Counted from the stretch's first letter, positions 12,600 to 24,802 are shown. The stretch: 44,205 nt of DNA from Octopus bimaculoides (GCF_001194135.2 NC_068981.1:42268778-42312982); one strand, 5' to 3'. Program-made: numbers and translations. Notes: generated from the letters alone by a model not told the origin.

Positions 12600-13150
12600 T
12601 GGATCATTTCATTCAGCCCCTGGAAAATTATGGAAACGAGTCTTAAATAACAAACATCTAAACAGCAAAACGAAACTGATGGGTAATCGAACTGTAGTAT
12701 ATTATGCGTTTGCGAAACACGAACATGTTTGTGAAACACGGACATTAAGAAGCTAGAGCATTTTCTTTAAAAAAATCTCCACACATTCTTAAAAAGTACA
12801 TAATTAGCAGTGCTGACTGAGATAATGCCAACACTCGAAGCATAGAATTAGCTATAATAAAACACCAGTTAAGACTGATTAGGGTATGTGGTTAGAATGG
12901 AAGACGAAAGATTTCATGAAATGCTCTTCACAGCGGTATAGATTACGAGTAGTCGTTTCTGCCCTTCCACAGACTAAAATAAAACTTCTAACTAAAAACC
13001 AACCTCTCAAATAACTTGAAAATGAAAGTAAAGTGTGGATATCTGAAGCCAAGAATCGCTCAAGCTGGTGTCACTCACTCTATCACCATTGGAAGTGATC
13101 TTTGTGAAATCAAGAAAAATGAAACGTTAAAAAAGAATGCAAGATGCGGC
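12600..13150 (+). mobile_element. RTE-clade (BovB-like) LINE, degenerate post-RT fragment
   Basis: SAPGKLWKRVLNNKHLNSKTKLMGNRTVV, CETRT..DIKKLEHF, SIELAIIKHQLR..GYVVRMEDER across frameshifts, matching RTE motifs (SAFGxLxxRVW..GCETWT..LRWxGHVxRMxDxR). Confidence 0.8.
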
Positions 13151-13323
13151 AATAACATTCTCACTATCCACCGTTTCTTCTTTGTCGTCTTTGTTCTGGC
13201 CTGTTTTATGCCAGAAATGTCCTTCTCAGTCATTAACACCATCAACAAGGTGGAAACCTTTCAAGAATGGAAATTCTCAGGCATCAGAAATAGCTGCCGC
13301 AGATGAGACACAAAACAAGCATT

Positions 13324-13520
13324 ACTACCTACCTACCTACCTACCTACCTACCTACCTACCTACTTACCTACCTACCTACCTACCTACCTACCTACTTAC
13401 ATACATACCTACACACAGACATACAGACAGACATATATACATGCATACATACAAACACACACACACACACACACATTTATACATACATATCTAGATACAT
13501 CCATACGCACATACACATAC
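13324..13520. repeat. (TACC)n followed by TACA/CA mixed repeats
   Basis: Read directly. Confidence 0.95.
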
Positions 13521-14161
13521 TGATATTTTAGCACGTTTAGTGTTCTTACAGTGTAGTCCAATGCTTACTTATGATAGTTACGCACCCTCCTGTCGACAGC
13601 AGAACCTAATTGAAATGGCGGTGTTTGAGGCTAACTTCATATTCGAAAATCTGTTAAAATTATTAGTAATTTCTTGTATTCATATAAGTATAGGAGGCGT
13701 AATTCACCAAACAATTAGAACTTAATAGTACACTACCCAGTCATTAATAATAAAATAACTAGCAATGTTTCTGATTATTGTAAATGCTTATCACAGCTTC
13801 GGTCGAGCCACGCAGCAAAGAAATGCTACTGGAGAATTAGACACGTTTATGGTTCTGGTATGATTGGAAAGTGACTTGCGGCGAAATGCGAACCACATAT
13901 TTGAAACATTCTTCATTGCCAACCTTTTCTCCAATAACATCTAATCAATGACCGACCGCAAAAGAGAGGATTTATGACAGCAGAATTCTGGATGCAGGAT
14001 ATTTTTCTGGGCATCACGTTTCCTTTAGTCACGTAGATTACCTAGTTTAAGTTGTAAGTGAGCGTTTTCTGGCTGTAAAATAACTGAACATATCAATATA
14101 AAGAAGGCTAAATTGATATACATCGTACAAGATTACTTGTACGGACATGATTACTTAATAC

Positions 14162-14208
<47 letters not shown>

Positions 14209-14215
14209 AGAGAGA
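14162..14215. repeat. (GA)n microsatellite
   Basis: Read directly. Confidence 0.95.
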
Positions 14216-14873
14216 AAGGAAACATTTGATATTTTGTAGCTTACAAAAATTTTCCTATATATGAAAGTACTACCATATCATTAAGACACATTTTGCGTTA
14301 GTTATTTTTTTTTAATTTGAAAAAGCCCGATGCCAGAGATGTTCTACTTATGGTTGTAGCAGTGGTAAATGATTTTCAAAAGATGTTTATGAAACTGTAA
14401 AATCTACATTTGCAAAGTAACACATAATTTTAAATAGCACAGTTGGAATTGAAAGGAATAACCTTAAAAATTATGGATATCAGGAGTGGTTTCCAAAAGT
14501 TAATGGAGTTCATTTCATCAGTATTTTTTGTTAAGAGTTGTAAATGCCACTCTTTTACGCTATGATCAAGTGATTGCATAGACATTTCCCGTTCATATCA
14601 CGAGTAAATTTTAAAAGATTTAATATTTTACTTTGCTAGAGGCAGCAAGTGTTAACGTTAACATGACGAGTTGGAAAAGAATTCGAAAATGCACAAAGTA
14701 GTTGGCTATCTTATAAAAACATAATTAACATGATATTACAGTATTAGAAAACTTATATATTTTGATTTCAAGCAGAATAGAAAAAAAAAAAAGATTGAGA
14801 AAGCGAATAAAATATAAGGAAAAATACTCCACAATAGAATGAAATATATGTTACTATTTCTGGAATACATATT

Positions 14874-15090
14874 TATTTCTTTATTGCTCACAGGGGGCAA
14901 AACAAAGACGGGGACAAACAAGGACAGACAAAGGGATTAAGTCGATTACATCGACCCCAGTGCCTAACTGGCACTTAGTTAATCGACCCCGAAAGGATGA
15001 AAAGCAAAGTCGACCTCGACGGAATTTGAACTAAGAACGTAACGGCAGACGAAATACCACTTAGCATTTCGTCCGGCGTGCTAACGATTC
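14874..15090 (-). mobile_element. SINE family 1, tail type B, lacking the first ~18 nt (3' unit of dimer 1)
   Basis: B box, central core GTCGACTTTGCTTTTCATCCTTTCGGGGTCGAT and the pyrimidine-rich tail ..GCCCCCTGTGAGCAATAAAGAAATA (all sense strand). TSD TTTCTGGAATACATATT at 14857-14873. Confidence 0.92.
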
Positions 15091-15302
15091 TTTTCGACTC
15101 TAGGTACACGGCCCGAAACTTTGGGGGAAGGTGCTAGACGATTAGATCGACCCAGTACGCAACTGGTACTTAATTCATCGACCCCGCAAGGATGAAAGGC
15201 AAAGTCGACCTCGGCGGAATTTGAACTTAGAACGTAAAGACAGACGAAATATCGCTAAGCATTTCGCCCGGCGTGCTAACGTTTCTGCTAGCTCGCCGCC
15301 CT
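15091..15302 (-). mobile_element. SINE family 1, tail type A, full length (5' unit of dimer 1)
   Basis: Head GGCGGCGAGCTAGCAGAAACGTTAGC (A box), AGTTCAAATTCC (B box), tail ..CGGGCCGTGTACCTAGAGTCGAAAAGA. Second TSD copy at 15303-15319. Confidence 0.94.
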
Positions 15303-15321
15303 TTTCTGGAATACATATTGA

Positions 15322-15490
15322 AGAAGCGTTAGCACACCGGGTGAAGTGCTTAGTGGCATTTCGTCCTTGTTTATCTTCTGAGTTCAAATTCAACCGGGGT
15401 CGACTTTGCCTTATATCCTTTCAGGGTCAATAAAATAAGTACAAGCTGAACACTGGAGTCCGGCCTTGTATCAAAATTTGAAACCAACAT
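15322..15490 (+). mobile_element. SINE family 1, older copy, tail type C
   Basis: CGTTAGCACACCGG..GAGTTCAAATTC..GTCGACTTTGCC..CCTTGTATCAAAATTTGAAACC. Confidence 0.85.
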
Positions 15491-15863
15491 TAAATTTCAG
15501 CCAGAACTCTGTAGACTTAAAGTTTAGACTGCAATCATTGTATTCACACCAAAGTTTTTCAATTTGCCAATTTATTAAAACTGTCACAAGTTATTTATCA
15601 TCATTGACTCTTCTAATTCAGGAAGTCACAGAAATACACATGAAATTTATCTAGGTAGAAGGGCGATTTAGTTGATCCTTTTAGCAGCACTTATAAATTT
15701 AAAACATTTGCTGAAATTTTCTTGTTGATCTGTCTGAAAGTAAAAAACCTCTTTCATCTCTATGTAAAAGGGTTGGTAACTAAATTCTAAATGTTTAGAT
15801 CCCAAAGCATAACATGACATTTCCAATTCTACACTGTTAATTGTCACAGAAATTGCAATATAG

Positions 15864-16051
15864 CTAGGTACAAGGCCCGAAATTTTTGGGGAGGGATTAA
15901 GTCGATTAGATCGACCCCATTACGCAACTGGTACCTAATTTATCAACCTCAAAAAGATGAAAGGCAAAGTCGACCTCAGTAGAGTTTGAACTCAGAACGT
16001 AAAGACAGACGAAATACCGCTAAGCATTTCGCCCGGCGTGCTAACGTTTCT
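15864..16051 (-). mobile_element. SINE family 1, tail type A, lacking the first ~18 nt (3' unit of dimer 2)
   Basis: Body matches the family; on + it ends at CTAACGTTTCT, where the next copy's tail begins. Confidence 0.92.
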
Positions 16052-16283
16052 TATTTCTTTATTGCCCATAAGGGGCTAAACAAAGACGTGGACAAACAAG
16101 GACAGACAAAGGGATTAAGTCGATTACATCGACCCCAGTGCTTAACTGGTACTTAATTTATCGACCCCGAAAGGATGAAAGTCAAAGTGAACCTCGGCGA
16201 AATTTGAACTCAGAACGTAAAGACAGACGAAATACCACTAAGCATTTCGTCCGGCGTGCTAACGTTTCTGCCAGCTCGCCGCT
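16052..16283 (-). mobile_element. SINE family 1, tail type B, full length (5' unit of dimer 2)
   Basis: Complete head, B box, core and tail ..AGCCCCTTATGGGCAATAAAGAAATAAGAA (sense). Confidence 0.94.
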
Positions 16284-16321
16284 GTGGAAATATCAGTAAT
16301 AAATTAATAATTACCCAACTT

Positions 16322-16530
16322 AAGGCAGCGAGCAGGCAGAATCGTTAACACGCTGGGTGACGTTTCGTCCATCTTTACGTTCAGAGATCAAATTCTGCTG
16401 AGGTCGACTTTGTATTTTATCCTTTCAGGATCAATAAAGTAAGTACCTGTTAAACACTAGAATCGCTGTAATCGACTTACCCCTCTCCCGTACTTGCTGC
16501 CCGTGTGCCAAAATTTGAAATCAATAATTA
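16322..16530 (+). mobile_element. SINE family 1, tail type C
   Basis: AAGGCAGCGAGCAGGCAGAATCGTTAACACG..GAGGTCGACTTTG..GTGTGCCAAAATTTGAAATCAATAATTA. Confidence 0.88.
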
Positions 16531-17006
16531 CCCACCTTGTTTTTATAGCATTTAAAATGTATAAGTAATTTTGTTTGAGGTTATTTATTGAGTTAATGTT
16601 TTTTTCTTTTTGTATATGTTATGTAATAAAAGCGATATACGTATATATTGAAAAAGTTAGTGCATACATATGTTCGTCTTTTTCTATTCCTTTTATTTTT
16701 ATTTATGTAAGTATCAATCTCTCCGCTGCCACAGTGCTAAATCTCTGTTCTACCGTTTTACTCCTCCTACTGCTCAGCATTCCAAGCTTCGTCACTTTTA
16801 GTCTTTCTCATTTCTTTCTTTTTTTCTCTTTTTACCTCCATCGCTTTCCCCATAACTTATTTATTGTCAAATCATTCTACTTATATCCTGATTTCACTCT
16901 CTTCTCTTTGTCTCCTACCTTCCCTTTCCTTTATCTCTGCCATAATCTAATGCTATCAACCTTGCATTTATCTCTTCTTTCTTTTCTCTTTCTTTTTCCC
17001 CGTTAG

Positions 17007-17075
17007 AAATGGAATTGTAACGTGATAGTTTTAGCAGAAAACTTGAGTAATGTAGAGATACAGCTGATTACGCTG
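17007..17075 (+). other. Candidate 69-nt internal exon (KWNCNVIVLAENLSNVEIQLITL)
   Basis: Long pyrimidine tract ending CCCCGTTAG|, donor CTG|GTACGT, only frame 0 open. No homology recognised. Confidence 0.25.
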
Positions 17076-17559
17076 GTACGTGCGTCATCTCCTAAAACTG
17101 ACGTAACCAGTTAAAATCATTTAAGCAGGACGACAATTGTAAAGATACGAGTTCAAATTGCAGTCACAACTAAATGTAGTAGGGAGAGCACCTCCTAAAA
17201 CTTTTAACCGGTGCAAAATCAAAAATTGCACTCCCTACATACTTTACCAGGTTTAGAAAATAATGTCTAAAAATTCATCTGTAAAAAGTTGTTTGAAGTT
17301 AGGTTCCTTCTCAAAACAAAAATAAAGGACAAAAATAAATGCAGGAAAAGTCCAAAATGTTAATTGGTGAAGCTGGTCATAAAATTCCCAAGGGAACTCT
17401 CTAGAAAGATATACTACTGAACTAAAGCATCGTCAACATCAAAGTTTAAAGTATATATAGATAGCAGCAGCAACGACAACAACAACAGCCTGACCAGCAG
17501 TACGATCACTCCTCAAACCTAGCACAATTAATGACCTGTTAAACTCCGCAATGAAAAGC

Positions 17560-17830
17560 CCTTCACTGTCCGGCTATCCATATTCTTCGAGATAATCGCA
17601 CATTATCCCAGAGTCATATATTGGTGAGACTTCTAGGAGTATTAATGATAGGTTCAAAGAACACCTGGATAACTACATTGAAAAATACCCAAACTCCATC
17701 TTCTATCAGTATGCTGTAGACTGCCACAATGGCTCCTTAGGGAGACTTAAGTTAGACATATTATCTACACATCCTACCGATGCAATGCTGAGACAATCAG
17801 GAGTTTTTAACTCAGTTTTGATTTGAGAAA
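17560..17830 (+). mobile_element. Penelope-like element fragment (GIY-YIG endonuclease)
   Basis: ESYIGETSRSINDRFKEHL..SIFYQYAVDCH from 17611 matches YIGETxRxLxxRxxEH. The upstream F-E-I is a frameshifted remnant of the GIY strand. Confidence 0.75.
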
Positions 17831-20144
17831 AAAAATACTCATGTTCACGACATTAAAAAATCTATATCAGCTAAGCAAATGACCTCTAAACGCAGTAAAA
17901 ACATTTGAACATATTCAGAACACAATTTCAGAAACGTTATTGCTGTTCTCTTTGAGGATATAAAAGACAAATTTAGCTGGGGCAAAAGGAGTGAGCCAAG
18001 ATAAGGTAAATTTGCCTCTTCAATTCTCCAGAATTACATTTGAAAACAGACTCAGACACATCGATATCCATTCTTAGACATCAGAATGATCATAATTACA
18101 ACAGAAATTTAAAATATTTAGGTCAAATAAAAGAGAATTAGTTGAAAATGGCACATGATATAAAATATTAATGCAACTCGACTAAATCAAAACAACCAGC
18201 ATGAAATATTCTCCATAGCTTCTTCACGATCTGCGTGAGTGGCTCTCTTCCTGATATAGTTTGAGAGAAAAAAAAATTATTGAAATTAGTCATTACTCAC
18301 TTTACCCCATTTTAGACATCACTTTTTGAAGATTGAAAATTGTCAAATTACACTTTAGGTGGAAAAAATTGACTTAGAATCCTGAGAGAAAAGATTGATT
18401 GTTACACACCAAAAATTATCCATATATTTTATTAGTAACCTCAATTACAATAAGGTTTAAGTTAAGGACAAATTTCTTGAAAACAAAGTTCTTGACACTT
18501 GACTGTGTTCCAAACTCCCTCAGCTTCAACAACAACGACTTTGCTGATCAAATTTTAATCCTAAAGATGAAGCAACAATACAAAATGGTGATGCTATATT
18601 TGTAATGTAATGGTTTCAAACATGTAGGGAGAAAATAACGAGAAACCAGAAATTACTCATTTTACCTCGGTAACTAATTTTGCCGCATCCTTGCTTTTTT
18701 TTTTTTTTTACAGATAGTGTCTTACAAATGATATCTCCACCTATAATACAACGGAAAATACCTCGCTAAATATTCTCATTCTGAGGTTGTCCATAAACGC
18801 GATTCATTCCAATGAAAATGATTCTAACATCTGTCTTCCTATCTCTCTATTATATTTCTTTTTATAAATTAGCATACGATTAAAGGGGGATTTGACTGAT
18901 ATTTCTAGTAAATCGAACAACCACTTGTAAATCTCTCTAGTTAACTCTACTGAAGTTTGAAGAGGTTCATTAAAACGAAAGCATGTTTTGTGTGAGTTCT
19001 GTCTCTGTAATATATAATACAGACTATTTATCAGGTTTGAAACATTGTTAAAGCATTTCAATCGCTTTTGAACTATCAGAAAATAAATATTTCCTGCCTC
19101 TGGCTAATCTTTTCATTTCATTTAGAGTTGAGCTAAACAGTTACATGCTTTCAAAGCTGATGATATACAAATGGTTATAAAGACATTTGAAATTGTTTTG
19201 TTGTGATTAGCTTGTCGTTCAGAGGCGCAATATTTGGATATTACTGATTGGTTATATGTACCACAGTCAGTTGATTTGTTGTTACTAACAAGATGCAACA
19301 ATAATAATAGAAGAACCAGTATAACAAATAACAAAAACAATGGTTGCTAAAAGAAGCAATAATACAGTGAATACCGGGGTTTTCGTGTCCGTCTTATAAG
19401 AACGATTGTAAGCCATAAAATATGAGATATATCAGTGACAGTTTTATAAAGTCAGGCAGTCACTGTTTATATCACAAATATAGACAAAGCTATCAAATAT
19501 ATCTGATAGAAATTGCAATAAACTTAAATCTTTACACAGCTAGATGTTATTTTTGTCAATACATTCTTAAGATTCTGTGTAGATAATAAATATATTTATT
19601 TCAGTTGCTGTGCATCGCAGACTATTCTACACATTCACAAGTAAATTTGATTTAACGTCGTTTTATTATGTTTTATGTAATATGTAGCGGATCACGGGTG
19701 GCCAACGAGAAGCTGCTGCGCTACACAAATAGATCTATTTTCTAATCAGTTCTTCTCTGTTTCCATATTTAAAAGAACTGGCTCTAAAATACTCAACCAA
19801 GCTGTAAATACGTTCGGCTGACTGCTGCCTGTAACTACTTGTTTAGGGCTTTCTGAGTAATGGTGAGTTGAGATCCGAGTTCAATTCAATCGGATAGTAG
19901 TGAGATAATCTCCACCTGGTTGACTTGCACGATATGAATGTTCAAATTCCCTGGGTTATATAACGTTTACAGTCTCTTGTAACACATCTTCAATTTCTTT
20001 CAGTCTATTTTCGAAGAAGTGTGAACAATGTTTTATACGTATGTTCATGTTAACCTCGCTTTTGTTTAGAAAGAGATATCCTATATATTAGGAATGTAGG
20101 GAATAATAATTTGTTTAATATGTATGCTTTTCTCACGCGTAATA

Positions 20145-20360
20145 TTGATGTCAAATTTTGGCGCAAGGTCAGTAACTTCGGGGAAGGGGACAAGTCGATT
20201 GCATCGACTCCAGTGCTCAACTGGTACTTATTTCATCGACTCCGAAAGGATGAAGAGCAAAGTCGAAGTCGGTAGAATTTGAACACAAAACGTAAAGACG
20301 GACGGAATACCACTAAGCATTTTGCCTGGTGTGCTAACGATTGTGCCAGCTCGCCGCCTT
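20145..20360 (-). mobile_element. SINE family 1, full length, tail type C
   Basis: Head (CCAGCTCGCCGCCTT on +), B box, core and tail all recognisable. Confidence 0.9.
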
Positions 20361-23300
20361 TTTCACGGGTAATATTGAGGTATATGAAATGAAATAGTTT
20401 AATTAGCGTATCGAAATACCATTAAGTTCATAAATACCGACGTTCAAATTATAAACTGGTTGACCAAATAAAAAATATTTGTAGAGCTATCGATAACTTA
20501 TGCGGTATTATCCAAAAGATATGCAATAACTTTTCAGGACAGTACTTAAACCTGTCTATATTTTTCTTCCTGAGTCACGGATGAATGCGTATTTGGCCGA
20601 AGCAAATAGCTTATTTGATTCTTCTGAAATGTTAGAAGGATAGTATAATGGTTGGTTGGGAGAATAAAATATCACAATTTTGTTAAGTTTTCAAATTATG
20701 ATTAGAAAAGTGACTAAATTAACATTTAATATTTCGAAGTATTTCTGTATTATTTTATTGTATATGTATTCACATTAATCATTTCTCAAACTCAGTGCTG
20801 TTTTTCTGCTATAATATTTATAACAATTTTATGGTGTTTGTTTTACATAAATTAATGTCGTTTGCTTCTCTTATTGCTTCTCATCTAAAGTTAGTTATTC
20901 TTACGTTTCATATCAGATGTGATGGGAAAGACTCATGAACAAAAGAGTTCCAGTTGTGACCATTGCGTCTTAGTTTTTCAGTATTATACAATGTGCATTA
21001 ATTTATTTGGGATACAGTAGAGAACGGTTTTAGTGAAAACCAGCAACTCTATCTAACATGCCAAGCGATCATGTAGACTCTTGTTTCACACTCGAGACAG
21101 CTAGTTGGTCTACTGTTATTTATTCCCACCAATGTTTACAATGCGTGCTCTTGCTTGTTAAATCCGTTTATAATACTAGCTGTTTATACGAACAGTAGTT
21201 TATATGTGAAACACTTTCGCTTCCAACCTACCTGAATGTTACTTCAATAAATTTCTGATTATATTTTGTTGTAGTCGTATCGCACAAATATATTATATTA
21301 CTCTGTGTTTATATCGTTGCTAGGATTGTTGTAGGTGAGGCGTAGTACAGCAGCAAATCGATTCCAAAACAAAGTATTGATTCATTTGTCTAATATCACT
21401 GTAACCCTGAACACTACAATGATTGAGTTACGAGTAAGTCATTCCTAGTAGCCAGTAACAAAACTGTAGTCAGAAAAAGAAATCCAAGCAATTCACCATC
21501 GCATAGGTGGAGAACGTAAAGTGTTGGTGTACTCTAATCAGGATGAGTCGACGATGTATTTTCGATGTTAGATTGGAGCCACTTTCACATCATTTAAATT
21601 TGAAAATGCTTCTTAATTCGAATTCATGTACTCTCATATCTTAATATGTAGCATGCAGTCAGGAACCTAGGAATATATAGCACTAGAAACAGTGAAGCGA
21701 CATATAGCGTCAGTGAGAGTTGAGCAATCCGATATTACATTCCCTGTGTTGTAGTATGTTCATCTTCAGGGTTGAATATTTTTCAATGAAAAATCTTATG
21801 TAGCATTAGAATAGTGGGATATTGTTGATGGGTGTCTTGAAACGTATCACGGCGACCTCAAGTGTCAATTTGAGACTGCAGAATTATTAGAAATATTCTT
21901 AACCGATCCATAGCTAATCTGGTGTCAAGTTTTTGATAATGTTTTGACCCAGATCAGGCCTTATCAAGAAGACCTATAACTCAAGAGGGCGTAACTATGG
22001 CTGTTGTGTTGCTTTTGTAAATCAAGGCCTCCCTTGGTATGTGTATTTATGTTTTTTTTTTAAATGCACTTATTTAAGAGATTTCCAGGAAAGTTAGATA
22101 CTATTTCTCTCAGATGGAGTGACCACGCAAATACCCCAGTATATCAAGTAACCTTCTTAGTTATTTGGTATCAAACACATGAAGTTTGTTTACTACAGTT
22201 CTAATTCATGACGAACCTAATGTACATCTTTCTGATAATTTCATTTAGTTATATCAGGAAGTTGGTTGGACAAGTTTATATTATGCTGTAGATATTGCAA
22301 GGCAAACCGTTAATTGTTCATTAGCAACAATTGTTTTGATTTTATAAAGATAAGGAAATAGAAAGAGAAAAGGGAGTGTAAAAATGTCAATAGTAAAATA
22401 ATTTGCGTATGTGTGTGTGTATGTGTGTGTGTGTGTGAGAGAGAAAGAGAGAGAGCAATTTTGATTCTATAACGGTAAGGCGTCCTGGTGAGGAGCAGGT
22501 TCCAAGCTGATCCTTTGTATTTCGCTTAAAAAGAAAATCCGCATGAGATTAATGACAACTATTTGGCAATATATAGTTTTTTTTCCTCTAGACAACCACA
22601 AAGATTATTTATTCGAAAATAGAATTATATATCAGAGAAAATTAAATACAGTGAAAAGTTGAGGTGAAGAGAGATACACTTCGACATTATGATCTTTACA
22701 TTTAAGAAACAATTTACACAATAATATATTATTTAAAACAAAACACGCAAAAAAATAATGGCTTCTTTTAAACCTAATAACATCTAAGATATGCCGTCAA
22801 TTTTCTTTCCGTCTGGCGAATGAAAACATTTGTTTACAAACTGTGGCTTAATCTTTCAAAAATCCAGCATTTTTTTGCTTTGTTTTATTAAGTCTTTGGT
22901 TCTGCACGATGTTAATTCTTTTTCATTTTCACTGTGAAATATTATTGTTTATTTTTAAATTTCACATTCGTCGCCTAGGAGGAAACCATGTTTGGGTGTA
23001 TGTTTACAGTTTTTTTCAAGACCACAGATGGTTGATAGGTAACTGTAACGCTAGATAAGATACCGATCTATCACAGGATTTCAGCTTAGCTGAGTAAAGC
23101 ATAGTGTTCTTGATACTTAGAAATTGATATAATCTGCAGCGTTGAATTTATTAAGAAGCAAGCAAGTTGGACTTAAATATTGTATTTGATGCTTTCATGG
23201 CAATACATAACTTCCACGTAAACAAATCTCTTTAGTTATGCATAAATCACCTTTGTAACAAGAAATGCTCAGCCGCTTACATGCAAATTCTATGAGCAGG

Positions 23301-23699
23301 TTATCAAGTTGATCAAACAACTATGTTCTCATCCTTGAAATCAACGAAGATCTATTGCCAAAGTCTTATTAAATCAACTTCAATATTTGACAATATTTGA
23401 CAGAAGCAGTATCCTTACTTCAAACGATATTTTCGATGCCAGAAACTCACCCTGTTCAAACTATATCGATATTGATGTGATTTAATCTTTAGCAAAAGTA
23501 GTGCAGAATTCTTATTCACTTAACACGAAATGCATAGCAAGCCGTCATTTGCGAGCGAGTATGACTTGGCAACATATATCATGCTTTCACAAATTGTAAT
23601 AGATACCTCTAATAGAAGCGAAAAAGCATAGACACCTTCTCACCCACCTCACTGTTGATTAAGTAGAACATCCAAGATGTAATATTTTCAGGGTGGGCT

Positions 23700-23817
23700 G
23701 CACCAGCACCTATTGGGTAGAATGGAACAATAAAAAATGAAGTGTCTGGTGAAGGACACAACACACCATCCGATCCAGAAATTGAACTCAGGATCATAAG
23801 CCGAAAACTCCTAACCC
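23700..23817 (-). mobile_element. tRNA-derived SINE of a different family (CORE-like), partial
   Basis: Sense strand: GGTTAGGAGTTTTCGGC..TGAGTTCAATTTCTGG (B box)..GTGTTGTGTCCTTCACCAGACACTTCA, which resembles the CORE motif TGTGxCCTTGGGCAAGxCACTT. Confidence 0.6.
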
Positions 23818-24374
23818 CGAGATACAACTTCAATCTGCAATTGCAGATGAGTAAAACTTTCACGTAGTCAATCAGTTGCATAGGCATATGGAAAGAATAT
23901 GTTCTCAAACTTCTGTGGAAACGAATCCGTTTCAAAAGTAGAAACTTAGGTTTGTGTTGCATATTATTTTAGCTGAGTGTCACATTAAAATTGACATATC
24001 TTATAATAAATATTTCATGTGAATTTTCCTAATGTGTTCTTTACTGTTTCAAATACCAAACACCTACTTTATCTAAATGCTATATAATCAAGAATAATAC
24101 AAATAAAACATTTAACTATTACATCTGCTGCCTGCTTTAGTCAAATTTTAGAAATATTTTAGCTATGTTATAATACGAAACTATTTTTCGTTTAAATTTA
24201 TGTCTATTATCCGACAAATATAATGAATATACCAAAGGAATGCTAAGTATTTATCCTATTTTCCATTTTCTGTCATATTAATTGCATTGCATGAATTTCA
24301 AATGAAGCTCGTTACGAATGTTATTGATTCCATTTACAATATAAAACTCATTAAAAGTTTTAAATAATTAATGT

Positions 24375-24582
24375 TAATAATGGTTCCAAAATTGGCACAA
24401 GGCTAGCAGCTTTTTGGATGGTTGAACCCAGTTGACGTAATCTACCTTAGTGCTCGACTAGTATTTGTTTTACCGACTCCGAAAGGATGGCAGGCAAAGT
24501 CCATCTCAGTGGTTTTTGAACCTAAAATGTAGAGCTGGAAGTAGTTTGTTAGATGTGTTGATGTTACTTCCAGCTCACGCAT
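24375..24582 (-). mobile_element. SINE family 1, degenerate, tail type C
   Basis: CCAAAATTGGCACAAGG..CCGACTCCGAAAGGATGGCAGGCAAAGTC..CCAGCTCACGC on +. Confidence 0.75.
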
Positions 24583-24587
24583 AAATT

Positions 24588-24802
24588 ATCCTTTCTACTG
24601 TAGGTACAAGGTCTGAAATTATGGAGGTGGTAGACAGACGATTATATCGATCCTAGTGCTCAATTGGTACATATTTCATTAGCCACAAAAGCGTGAAAGT
24701 TAAAGCCGACTACTGCGGCATTTGAACTGAGAAGGAAAGGTCAGGAGAAATACCGGTGAGTATCATACTGGCGTGGTAAGGATTCTACCAGATCACCGCT
24801 TT
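24588..24802 (-). mobile_element. SINE family 1, degenerate, tail type A
   Basis: CTTTCTACTGTAGGTACAAGG..TTTGAACTGAGAA..GATTCTACCAGATCACCGCTT on +. Confidence 0.78.

Noticed and set aside
16575-17006. 143-aa hydrophobic ORF that looks like a membrane protein
   Set aside because: Non-ATG start; the F/L/S richness follows from a T/C-rich low-complexity tract.
17175-17230. Imperfect inverted repeat ATGTAG..GGGAGAGCA / TGCACTCCCTACAT as a MITE
   Set aside because: Short and imperfect, with no TSD and no second copy in the window.
17900-18600. Possible LINE RT remnants (KGVSQD.., KYLGQ, DFADQILIL)
   Set aside because: The motifs are too short, degenerate and out of canonical order to support a call without an HMM search.
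18804-19061. 85-aa minus-strand ORF with a possible acceptor at ~19005
   Set aside because: No recognisable homology and a weak pyrimidine tract.
21335-21433. 99-nt open segment between TTGTAG| and |GTAAGT
   Set aside because: The acceptor lacks a real pyrimidine tract and the peptide is unrecognised; compatible with chance.
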